26,365 nt of DNA from a virus (lineage: Duplodnaviria > Caudoviricetes): positions 1-26,365 of IMG/VR virus record IMGVR_UViG_3300043478_000013; one strand, written 5' to 3'. Shown piece after piece: positions 8,319-16,432 of this stretch. How positions within the stretch are numbered: position 1 is the stretch's first letter; each line of letters begins with the position of its first letter. Position numbers and translations under genes: made by a program. The notes under the pieces are model-generated. The model made no database searches. It was not told the origin of the DNA and saw only the letters and a list, made by a program, of their open reading frames with translations.

Positions 8319-8518
8319 GGCTGCAACTCCTCTGTGAGGTGTTGGAGGCCGTGGTCTCGGGTGTCGTCAGGCGCGCGCGTGCGGGGTGGCTACTTCCGTT
8401 TCGCCGCCGATTTATTGGTGGCAAAAATGAAGCGGCGCCGTCGCGTGCCCTGCCGGGCTCGACTCGTTGGCGGGTGTGGGGGGTGCCGGGGCCTTACGGG
8501 GTGTCCGGCGAGAAAGGG

Positions 8519-9463
8519 TTATGCGGCGCGGCCGCGCGCCTGCATCTTCTCCTGCTTCTCCAGGTGCTCGAGGTATTCCTTGCGCAGCGCGTTGGAGTTG
8601 GCGCCGGTGTAGTATTCCGAATTGGCGTCCTTCACCATCGCCTCGAGCTCAGCCAGGCGAGACTGGAACTGTGACACCGAGGCGCCCGACGGCAGGATCG
8701 TGCTCGCGGGATGCAATTCGCGGGCAATCGACGCGAGCCATTTCAGCACCGTCGGGTCGTTGCCCACCATCGTGCCATCGGCAGTCCGGCCGCCCATCAG
8801 CCGCTCGCGCACGCCCTCGGGCGCGCCGGTGAGCATGTTCTGAATGGCGTTGATGTTGGGGCGGAAGTCAGAGCCCCAGTCGCTGCGCAGCGTATCCTCG
8901 GCCTGCTGCTTAAACTGGGCGTCGGCCTCCTCGCGGGCGTTGGTCACCGCTTGGAGCTCGTGGTGATAGGCAGCGAGCACCGCGTTATACTGATCCTGCG
9001 ACCAGTTGGATTTCTCCGCAAAGCCGGCCAGCCGTTCCAGCCCTGGCTTGTCGGCATCGCCGAACACCACGCCCGTCGGCGGGGCCATCTTCTCGATATA
9101 GGCTTCGGCCTTGTCCGGCACGCCATAGGCCGTGCGCCATGCCTGCTTGTCCGCATCGGTGCCCTTGTCCGGGAACGGCTTCGGCGCCTCGCGCAATTCG
9201 CCGGACGACATGCGCTGCAGCAGTGCCCGGTGCGCCTTGCCGAAGGCAGCCTCGTCGGAGTAGCGCGAGAGCACCTTCTCGGCGAATTGCTTGTCGTCGC
9301 CGGCGATCTTGCTGCGCCAGTCGGATGCCACCGGCGCGGTCGGCGCTGCGGTTGGCGGGGTCGCAGAAGCGCCCGCCGATGGGGCGGGCGCGGGAGCTGC
9401 GGGGGCTGGGGCTGGCGCCGGTGGCGGCGGCGCCTCGGTTTGCAACGCTAGTGGTTCGGTCAT
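8519..9463 (-). CDS. Capsid scaffolding protein
   Basis: 314 aa; Pro/Ala-rich N-terminus, GVPDKAEAY and LRSDWGSDF motifs, helical; lies between portal and capsid. Confidence 0.8.
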   Translation of the reverse strand: MTEPLALQTEAPPPPAPAPAPAAPAPAPSAGASATPPTAAPTAPVASDWRSKIAGDDKQFAEKVLSRYSDEAAFGKAHRALLQRMSSGELREAPKPFPDKGTDADKQAWRTAYGVPDKAEAYIEKMAPPTGVVFGDADKPGLERLAGFAEKSNWSQDQYNAVLAAYHHELQAVTNAREEADAQFKQQAEDTLRSDWGSDFRPNINAIQNMLTGAPEGVRERLMGGRTADGTMVGNDPTVLKWLASIARELHPASTILPSGASVSQFQSRLAELEAMVKDANSEYYTGANSNALRKEYLEHLEKQEKMQARGRAA

Positions 9464-9753
9464 GCTGCTTTGGTCCCCTTCTTGCGCAACGCCTCAAGGA
9501 TAGTCGGCGCGTTGTTGATCACGCTCACGAGGTTGAGCCCCACGCCGCGCATGCCCTGCGCGTAGAGGGTGTTGCTCTCGCTGTCGGCAAAGTAGGTCTG
9601 GTCGTAGATGCGGCAGAACTTTTCGAGGATCGCCCGCACCGCGCGCTGTTGCTGGTCGGCCGAGGCGACACCCTTGGCCACGGCCTCGATCGCGGACACG
9701 TCGATTGCATCGTAGTCGGGCGGGTGCCACGGCTGCGGCAGCGGCTTGGTCAC
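9460..9753 (-). CDS. Bbp19-like small head protein
   Basis: 97 aa between portal and scaffold; TLYAQGMRGVGL resembles the AFxEGxRxVGL family motif; 4-nt overlaps on both sides. Confidence 0.65.
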   Translation of the reverse strand: MTKPLPQPWHPPDYDAIDVSAIEAVAKGVASADQQQRAVRAILEKFCRIYDQTYFADSESNTLYAQGMRGVGLNLVSVINNAPTILEALRKKGTKAA

Positions 9754-11408
9754 CGATTCAACGCACTAACCATCGGCGCGGCCTTGTTGGCGATCTCCGC
9801 CGCCTGGCCGGCCTGCGCCATCTGCGCCTGCTGCGCCTGCACCTTGCGGGCGGCGGCGACCATCTGCTCGACCTGCTTGGGATCGCGCAGCCAGTCGGCC
9901 GGAATCTCGACCCCGCGAAGCGCATCGCGGCCGGCCTTTGCCACGTCGAGCTGGTGCACGAACGCGGGATCGAGTTGCATGGCGGCCTGCACGATCGGCC
10001 CGGCCTCCTGGAACGCCTGCGCCTTGGCGCGCTCCGCGGTCGCCTGCAACGGGCTCTCGAACTCGAAGTGAACGTCGGCGCCGCGCAGAATGTCGGGCAT
10101 GCCTTCCGGCGGGCCGAAGCCGTTGTTCTCCACCATCAGCGCAAAGGTCTCGTTGCACATTTCGCCGTTGTATTCGACCTCCATCGGCTCGAAGAGCGGC
10201 AACGCCGAGCGCACGTACTCCTCGATCCGTTTGCGGGTCTCGAAGGCCGTCATCTCGCGCCCGTCCTCGGGCAGCGGGAGGTTGATCTTGTTGAGGTAGA
10301 ACTGATGCTTCATCAGCTCTTGCACCTTCTCGAGCATCGCCATGCCGTGGTTGATGCCGCGCAGATCTTGGGTGACCGGGCGCAGCGCATCGCCGAGGCG
10401 CTCATCGTACTCGCGGTCGACCCAGGTAATGCCGCCGGCGTAAAGCTGCATGTCGGTGCGCACCGCTTCGAGCGTGGCCACCATCGGCGGGTTCGACGCC
10501 TTCTCCCCCACCTCGAGCAGCGAGAGCGTCATCTGCTGCATAAGGCGCGCATCCGGCAGCGCCAGCATGACCGCGGGAGAGACCGCGTATTGCTTGAACG
10601 CACCCAAGTTCCAGCGCGGGATGACGTAGCCGAGGCGAGTTTGCGGCAATTCCTCCAGGATGACATCGTTCGTGACATCGAGCAGGAACGAATAGAACGG
10701 GAAGCGCTTGCGGTTGATCTTCTTGCCGTCCTCGCCCTTGCCATCGTACTGCTCGGACGGGATCACGCAGTGCCGCACCTCGAATTCCTTGTAGGGCTCG
10801 TCGCGAACGACCTGGTTCTTGACGACATCGGCCACCGTCTTGGGAAAGAACTTCACCAGATCGCGGGCGCAGACCTTCTCCTTGCGGTGCACGGCGTCGA
10901 TCGTGCCGGTGCGGTCCTCGCACCACGCCACGTCGCGCAAGTGGTAGGTCTGGAACAGGAGTCCGTCGCGGTCAGGGTTGAGCGAGATCTGAATCGCGGT
11001 TTGCCCGAACGCGCAGAAATCCCGGTCCCCCACCTTGGTCGAGCGCAGGAATTGGGCGCGACGGGCATACATCGATTTGCGCATGCGCTCGCTGGCCCAT
11101 TCGAGCCATTGCCGGGCCTGCGTGTCCTCGTCGATCTGCGCATTCGTGGCGGTGAGCTTGGCCCACAGCTTGCTCCGCGGGCGCAACATCGCGGCCAACT
11201 GATCGGACAGTTCCCGGAGCTGCAGCGGCGGGTAGCCGGTCATCAGGTACGACGCGAAGTCGTCGCCGAGCGTGCGCGTGGTCGTGAAGTCGGCCCGCTC
11301 GGGATAGAAATTCTCGGCAATGTCCTGCCACAGCGACATGAGCGAGCCGCGCGAGGAGAACAGCCGGTCGCCGATCTCGACGATCTCGCGGCAGCGGGAC
11401 TTGCTCAT
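9750..11408 (-). CDS. Portal (head-to-tail connector, T7 gp8 / BPP-1-like)
   Basis: 552 aa; WQDIAENFYP, YVIPRW...YAVSP, MTAFE and FESPL motifs. Confidence 0.9.
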   Translation of the reverse strand: MSKSRCREIVEIGDRLFSSRGSLMSLWQDIAENFYPERADFTTTRTLGDDFASYLMTGYPPLQLRELSDQLAAMLRPRSKLWAKLTATNAQIDEDTQARQWLEWASERMRKSMYARRAQFLRSTKVGDRDFCAFGQTAIQISLNPDRDGLLFQTYHLRDVAWCEDRTGTIDAVHRKEKVCARDLVKFFPKTVADVVKNQVVRDEPYKEFEVRHCVIPSEQYDGKGEDGKKINRKRFPFYSFLLDVTNDVILEELPQTRLGYVIPRWNLGAFKQYAVSPAVMLALPDARLMQQMTLSLLEVGEKASNPPMVATLEAVRTDMQLYAGGITWVDREYDERLGDALRPVTQDLRGINHGMAMLEKVQELMKHQFYLNKINLPLPEDGREMTAFETRKRIEEYVRSALPLFEPMEVEYNGEMCNETFALMVENNGFGPPEGMPDILRGADVHFEFESPLQATAERAKAQAFQEAGPIVQAAMQLDPAFVHQLDVAKAGRDALRGVEIPADWLRDPKQVEQMVAAARKVQAQQAQMAQAGQAAEIANKAAPMVSALNR

Positions 11409-11668
11409 CCGTACCCCGCCGTCTTGGTGCCTGCGCCGCCGCCGAGCGTGGTGCGCGTCCCGGCGGCGTAATAAGGCCCGCTGCCAGGCAGGATGCCTGG
11501 ACCGCCGCGCCCGCCGAAGGGGAAGGGGCCGGGGCCCACCGGCGGTGCGGTGCCGCGCACACCCTCGCTGCCCGTGACCCAGTTCCAGCCGGTAGGCAGC
11601 GGCGGTGGCTGCGGCGGGGCCGGCGGCGGGAACGTCATGGGCGAATTCCCTCCAAACAACCCGGACAT
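11405..11668 (-). CDS. Small Pro/Gly-rich putative virion protein, 87 aa (MSGLFGGNS...)
   Basis: ATG 11668 with GGGAGG upstream; stop overlaps the portal ATG. Confidence 0.6.
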   Translation of the reverse strand: MSGLFGGNSPMTFPPPAPPQPPPLPTGWNWVTGSEGVRGTAPPVGPGPFPFGGRGGPGILPGSGPYYAAGTRTTLGGGAGTKTAGYG

Positions 11669-11669
11669 G

Positions 11670-11888
11670 TCAGCCTCCCAGCGTGCGGCGGGTGTAGGGC
11701 GCATCGCTGTCGCCCTGCGAGAGGATGGTCGAGCGCCGACCCGAGCGGCCGATGATCGCACGCATGCGCTCCTCCTCCGCCTGACGCACCTCCGGTGCCT
11801 GCAGGTCCGGCATCACCGGCGTCGGCTTCGGCGGGGGTGGCGGAGGGGGAGGCTGGGGGGCGTCGCCGCCGCCAAACAAACCGGACAT
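11670..11888 (-). CDS. Small putative virion protein, 72 aa (T7 gp6.7/7.3-like position)
   Basis: ATG 11888 with GGAG RBS; MSGLFGG, poly-Pro, GRRSTILS and C-terminal RRTLGG, typical of pre-portal proteins. Confidence 0.7.
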   Translation of the reverse strand: MSGLFGGGDAPQPPPPPPPPKPTPVMPDLQAPEVRQAEEERMRAIIGRSGRRSTILSQGDSDAPYTRRTLGG

Positions 11889-11902
11889 GCTAATCTCCAT
11901 CC

Positions 11903-12163
11903 ATGGACAGACGCTCATTCCTTTGCGGCGCCGTCGGCCTAGTGGCCGCGCCCGCAATAGTGCGGTTTGCTTCGCTGATGCCGGGCGGGCTGGTCATGGC
12001 GATGCCGAAAATGGTCATTCTATCGCGGGAGGAGTTCGAAAGAGTGGGCTGGAAGTTTATCGAGGCCGGCTATCCCGTCATCATTAGCATGCCCATACCC
12101 ATCAGCGGCGGCGTGCCGCCTGATGCCCCAGCACCGCCTTGGGCAACCCGCGCGGGCTCATGA
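11903..12163 (+). CDS. Small protein with a twin-arginine (Tat-like) signal
   Basis: MDRRSFLCGAVGLVAAPAIVRFASLMP: RRxFL consensus followed by a hydrophobic stretch; 3' end overlaps terL antisense. Confidence 0.55.
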   Translation: MDRRSFLCGAVGLVAAPAIVRFASLMPGGLVMAMPKMVILSREEFERVGWKFIEAGYPVIISMPIPISGGVPPDAPAPPWATRAGS

Positions 12164-13688
12164 GTTGCGAGCGCCGCGCCGCGTCGCCTTCGGATAGGGC
12201 ATAGGCAACCGCATCACCTTTGCCGGGCGAGCGGCCGAGCCGCTTGCGCAGCTCCGCCTTGTCTTCGATCAGGATGCCGCGCGCGGTGGCGTCATAGGTC
12301 GGCGCGGCAAGGTCGGCCCGCAGTTCCGGGTCGGGCGGCAGCGCAATGACCGAGCCGCCAACCTGGTCGGGGTTCAAGGCCTCGCGTAGTCGCCACCAGC
12401 ATTCCGCGCGTTTGTTGGCAAAGTGCAGCGCACCATCGACGGTGCGGGCGCTCGAGGCGCCGGCGCCGTTGAACGGGCGCACCGGAACGCCGTTGTCCTT
12501 GAGCCGCATGATGGTGACGCCGCCGAAACCGTGGCCGGCGCCGCCGCCGGCGTCGACCACCACGGGAGCGTTGTCCCGACGGTAAGAGATGATCTTGCCC
12601 GCCGCCGCCGAGCCGTCTGCGGTCTGCTCGCCCTTCTCGGTGATCAGCGGCGCGTACCATCCGCCGTGCCGCCGCGCGATCACGGCGTCGTCGCGCCCGC
12701 CGCCGGCCGGGTCGAAGGCGATTGCGGTCATCGCGAATTCTTTATGGCCGTCCGCCGTCCAGCGGTTTTGCGCCTGCACGATCCAGTCAGTCGGGATCAC
12801 CTGGAATTCGGCGTCGCGCTGGCCGACATCGAAGCGGCCCTCGCGCATCATGGTGCGCAGCGGCTCGGGCATGCCCTCGAGCGTTGCGGCGTAATTCTCG
12901 GACATCAAATACGGATTGTGCTCGAGCCGCGCCGAGATGAATGTTCGCGACCGCGCCACGTATTCTTGCCCGTCGATGACGTGCGGGCCGCGGCCCTTCA
13001 CTTCGGTGGTCACGCCGTCGACAACGACATACCATCGCAATTCGCCAGGCACGGCCGGGGCGGGATGCGTCGGGTCGAGCCACGCGCCCCAATACTTTAC
13101 GACCCAAAAGCCTTCGGCTTTCGTCGGTGGATTGCCGGTTGCCACGACGCGGCAGCGCTGGCCCTCGCTGGCCGAGCGATTCCAGCCGATCAGGAAGCGA
13201 TACTGGCTTTCGGTGAAAAGCGTGATCTCGTCGAAGCCGACAAAGTCATGGGCGCGGCCCTGATATTTCTCCTTGTCGTTCTCGTAGGGGACCGAGCCGA
13301 ATTCGAGCTCGCGTCCTTGCGCGTACCGCCAGATTTTCTGCTGCGCGTTATAGCCGGCGTGAGTGCGCAGGATTTTTGCGACCTCGTCCACGAGTCCCTT
13401 GATCTGGGGAAACTCGCGGCGAAAGATGATGGCGTTGCGATGCTCCTGAACGGCAAGGCCGCATAGCAGCGCCGACTTCCCGCCACCGGCGGCGCCGCCA
13501 TAGAACAGTTCGTCGGCCTCGCAAAAGTAAGCGTCTTTCTGCGGGCCGGAAATTGGTTCAAAAGGCAGGCCATTGGTCAGGCGCTTCTCCTTCATGGCCT
13601 CTTTGACGGGCGCCGCGATCTTGTGTTTGACGATGGCGAGCAAGGCGTCATATGCCATCGCCGTCTCGGATGCGCGAGGGTCGGTCAT
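12102..13688 (-). CDS. terL: Terminase large subunit
   Basis: Walker A YGGAAGGGKS, Walker B FVGFDE, ATGNP coupling motif, nuclease FDPAGGGRD...KGDA. Start set at ATG 13688 (ATGA overlap). Confidence 0.95.
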   Translation of the reverse strand: MTDPRASETAMAYDALLAIVKHKIAAPVKEAMKEKRLTNGLPFEPISGPQKDAYFCEADELFYGGAAGGGKSALLCGLAVQEHRNAIIFRREFPQIKGLVDEVAKILRTHAGYNAQQKIWRYAQGRELEFGSVPYENDKEKYQGRAHDFVGFDEITLFTESQYRFLIGWNRSASEGQRCRVVATGNPPTKAEGFWVVKYWGAWLDPTHPAPAVPGELRWYVVVDGVTTEVKGRGPHVIDGQEYVARSRTFISARLEHNPYLMSENYAATLEGMPEPLRTMMREGRFDVGQRDAEFQVIPTDWIVQAQNRWTADGHKEFAMTAIAFDPAGGGRDDAVIARRHGGWYAPLITEKGEQTADGSAAAGKIISYRRDNAPVVVDAGGGAGHGFGGVTIMRLKDNGVPVRPFNGAGASSARTVDGALHFANKRAECWWRLREALNPDQVGGSVIALPPDPELRADLAAPTYDATARGILIEDKAELRKRLGRSPGKGDAVAYALSEGDAARRSQLMSPRGLPKAVLGHQAARRR

Positions 13689-14503
13689 GCGCCGCACCAC
13701 TGTCGGAAATTAGCGATCAGTGCTGCGCGCTGCGGCGCCGTCGGCACTGCGTTGCACGTCGCCATCTCAAAGATCTTGCCGTCGAAGGCGCCAGTGCCGC
13801 TGGCCAGGCCGCCCATGGAGATGAGGCCGGCGCCGTTGGAGGTGTTGCCGGAGGCGAGGGTGAACTCCGCAGCATTGTTGATTGCGCCCGCCACGTTGCC
13901 GCCGCTGTGACGCCATTCGAGGACGTAAGCGGTGCCGGCGACGATCGCGGCGGCGCCCGAGTCGGCATAATCGAAAGTTCCATCAAAGTTGAACGCATAG
14001 AGGTTGCCGCCGAGCCGGCCCGCCATGCCCCAGTCGTCGAGCGTATCGATGAAGATGCGGTGGTTGCGGTCCTTGGTCGAGCCGTCGTTGAGCGTCAGCG
14101 TGTCGAAGATGCCGCTGATGATGACGTACAGCGTCGAGGTCGAGCCGAGCGCCGTCATGGTGGCGGCGGACTGGCCGTTCAAGCAATCATCGGTCCCGTC
14201 GAAGTCGCCACAAGGGCGTGAGCTGGGGCCAGCCGTGGTCAGCGTCGGCTGGCGCGTTCCGGTCTGGGTCAGGTTGCGGAGCGTCGTCCCTTGCTGGTTA
14301 TAGACGGTGGTGTTGCCGCCCACCGCGTCCGCCAGCGTGCCGCCGTAGGCCGACAGCAAGCGCCGCCCGAACGACCACGCGCCGGTCACACCCGTGATGC
14401 CGTCGAGCGGGAACGACAGCGCCAGGTCGCGATTACGGTGATGCGAGCGGCCATTCCCCGCACCGCGGCTCCGGTTTTTGCGGCGGTAATAGAGCTGCAG
14501 CAT
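13685..14503 (-). CDS. Putative fibre/receptor-binding protein, LamG/ConA-like
   Basis: 272 aa; GAWSFGRRLLSAYGG, DFDGTDDCL and FDGKIFEM motifs; basic N-terminus. Confidence 0.6.
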   Translation of the reverse strand: MLQLYYRRKNRSRGAGNGRSHHRNRDLALSFPLDGITGVTGAWSFGRRLLSAYGGTLADAVGGNTTVYNQQGTTLRNLTQTGTRQPTLTTAGPSSRPCGDFDGTDDCLNGQSAATMTALGSTSTLYVIISGIFDTLTLNDGSTKDRNHRIFIDTLDDWGMAGRLGGNLYAFNFDGTFDYADSGAAAIVAGTAYVLEWRHSGGNVAGAINNAAEFTLASGNTSNGAGLISMGGLASGTGAFDGKIFEMATCNAVPTAPQRAALIANFRQWCGA

Positions 14504-14504
14504 T

Positions 14505-15443
14505 TTAGGTGAAATTCCCGATGCCGATGGCGGTCACATTACTGCCCGTGGTTAATTTCCAGGCGCCTCCGGTCGAGACTATGCCGAGCGGCACGTAGAT
14601 CGGAGCGAGGTCGGCGAGCGCAGTCGTGCCGCCGCCGGCAAAGATGGAGATCGCCGACCCGGCCCCGTCCTTGATCGAGACGGCCCCCGCGGCCGAGGTG
14701 CCAGGCACGATCAGCACCGCCTCGAGGTAATCGCCGGCGGCGCCGGTGGCGCCGAGCGATTGGTCGGTCTGCGAGGCCGCCACGGTCTCATATTCGCCGG
14801 CAATGAAGTTGGCCGAGTCGGTGTGCAGGGTGTTGAGCTGCGAGGTCACGAGCCGGAGCTTGGCCGATAGCGAGCCGGTCGATCCTGCGGTTGCTGCTGC
14901 GTCGGCGGTGGCGCCGAGCGTGGCGACGGCCGGGTCGTCCGAGGCGAGCGTGACCCGCGGGACGGTGGCAGCGACCGCGCCGGCGCCGGCCGCAACGCCG
15001 GCCTGACCGACAATGATGTTGACCTTGGCGCGGTCGGTTTCATCCCAGTCGCCGAGGACCGACAGCGAGGCTTCGGCCGCCGCGTCCTGCACGGCGAAGG
15101 TGCCGGCGTTGGTGACGGCGTGCGAGCCGACGGTGACCGTGCCGGACACTGCCACCGTGCCGTCGACCGTGAGCGATCCGGCGTTGTCGTCAACGTGCAC
15201 GACGTTGGTGATCGTGGTGACGGTGCCGACGGTCACCGGGATCGCGCTCTGATCGGAGGCGATCACCACCGGCAGCGATGCCGCCATGGTGTCCTGGCCG
15301 ACCACGACGGCCTCGATCTCGCTGCCCGAGCTGTCGCTGTTGACGATGCGCTGCAGCTCCTTGGTCTCGGTGTCCTCGCTGATCGAGTAGGTCGCGACGT
15401 TGCGGCCCGATCCGGGGGTGACTTTGACATCAGATGTTGTCAT
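14505..15443 (-). CDS. Putative virion fibre protein with beta-rich repeats
   Basis: 312 aa; Ala/Gly/Thr/Val-rich; SLPVVIASDQ and RVTLASDD repeats; compact C-terminal beta domain. Confidence 0.6.
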   Translation of the reverse strand: MTTSDVKVTPGSGRNVATYSISEDTETKELQRIVNSDSSGSEIEAVVVGQDTMAASLPVVIASDQSAIPVTVGTVTTITNVVHVDDNAGSLTVDGTVAVSGTVTVGSHAVTNAGTFAVQDAAAEASLSVLGDWDETDRAKVNIIVGQAGVAAGAGAVAATVPRVTLASDDPAVATLGATADAAATAGSTGSLSAKLRLVTSQLNTLHTDSANFIAGEYETVAASQTDQSLGATGAAGDYLEAVLIVPGTSAAGAVSIKDGAGSAISIFAGGGTTALADLAPIYVPLGIVSTGGAWKLTTGSNVTAIGIGNFT

Positions 15444-15479
15444 ACATATATTCCCTGGTCAGGACTTGGAGAGTTAGGC

Positions 15480-16007
15480 ATGACGCCCGACTTGAGCTTG
15501 CTCGGTACCCGGCTCGACGAGTTGCTGCGGATCGCGAACATGAAAGCACTGACTATCTGGGCACCATGGGCGCAATTGATCATGATTGGGGCGAAGCCAT
15601 TCGAGTTTCGCCGCTGGGACTACCGCGAGCGCGAGCGCGCACTGGAAGGCCAGCGCATCGTGATCCATGCTGGCGCGCGCCCGGTACGGGCCCTCGAGGT
15701 CGAGGACATCATCGCGGGGCTCAATGATCGCATAAGCTCGCTCATCCCGGACAAGGCGAGGCCGCTCCTTGAGCGGCTGCGGTCGGCCAAGTGCCAGGGC
15801 GTGTGCGAGTTGTCGGCTGGGCTTGGGACCGTAGTGCTCGGCAAGCCGCGGCACGTATCGAGCCTCTCGCCGGCCGACAGCGACCGCATCGACCATCACA
15901 TGTGGGCGTGGCCGATGCTCGACATCCAGCCATGGCCGGAACCTGTTCCGATGCGGGGGGCGCAAGGCTTCTGGCAATGGCCGCAGAAGGACGAGGAGGC
16001 GGCGTGA
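15480..16007 (+). CDS. ASCH-domain protein
   Basis: MKALTIWAPWAQLIMIGAKPFEFRRW...IVIHAG...PVPMRGAQGFW; GGAGAG RBS before ATG 15480 (alternative start 15540). Confidence 0.85.
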   Translation: MTPDLSLLGTRLDELLRIANMKALTIWAPWAQLIMIGAKPFEFRRWDYRERERALEGQRIVIHAGARPVRALEVEDIIAGLNDRISSLIPDKARPLLERLRSAKCQGVCELSAGLGTVVLGKPRHVSSLSPADSDRIDHHMWAWPMLDIQPWPEPVPMRGAQGFWQWPQKDEEAA

Positions 16008-16036
16008 AGATGTGGGCAGATAGAAGGACAGGTACG

Positions 16037-16432
16037 ATGCGTGGTGTGGTGGTTGCGGTGGCGGCGTGCGTGCTGGCGACAGAGGCGGGCGCGGCGACGT
16101 GGCATTGTCATTTCCGGCCGTCGCCAGAGTGCGTGGGGGTCGATAGTCAGGCGTGCTTTCACCAGACGTTTCGACTCGTTGACGGGCGGGTGTGGGTCGA
16201 GCCTGGACGCGGCGCCGATCCCGATTGGCGGACGCCGCTGCGGAGGATCGGTCGCAATCACTGGTCGTTGACTATCAACGGAGACAAGTCAGATATGCGC
16301 TTGAGGCGGTTATCGAACCGCAGGGCTCTATTGACCTCAAACGAAGACACCGCCGATTGCATTTGGCTGCGACGAGAGACTGAGGACTGGAGCCCTTATT
16401 TCAATCGCGATACGGGAAAATGGGATTACTAA
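16037..16432 (+). CDS. Secreted/periplasmic protein, 131 aa
   Basis: AAGGA/AGGT upstream; signal-like MRGVVVAVAACVLATEAGA-A; four Cys in the mature part; stop overlaps the convergent gene's stop. Confidence 0.6.
   Translation: MRGVVVAVAACVLATEAGAATWHCHFRPSPECVGVDSQACFHQTFRLVDGRVWVEPGRGADPDWRTPLRRIGRNHWSLTINGDKSDMRLRRLSNRRALLTSNEDTADCIWLRRETEDWSPYFNRDTGKWDY

Noticed and set aside
4993-11471. Long plus-strand ORFs such as 4993..6603 and 9705..11471
   Set aside because: Antisense shadows of recognisable structural genes, expected in high-GC DNA; no motifs.
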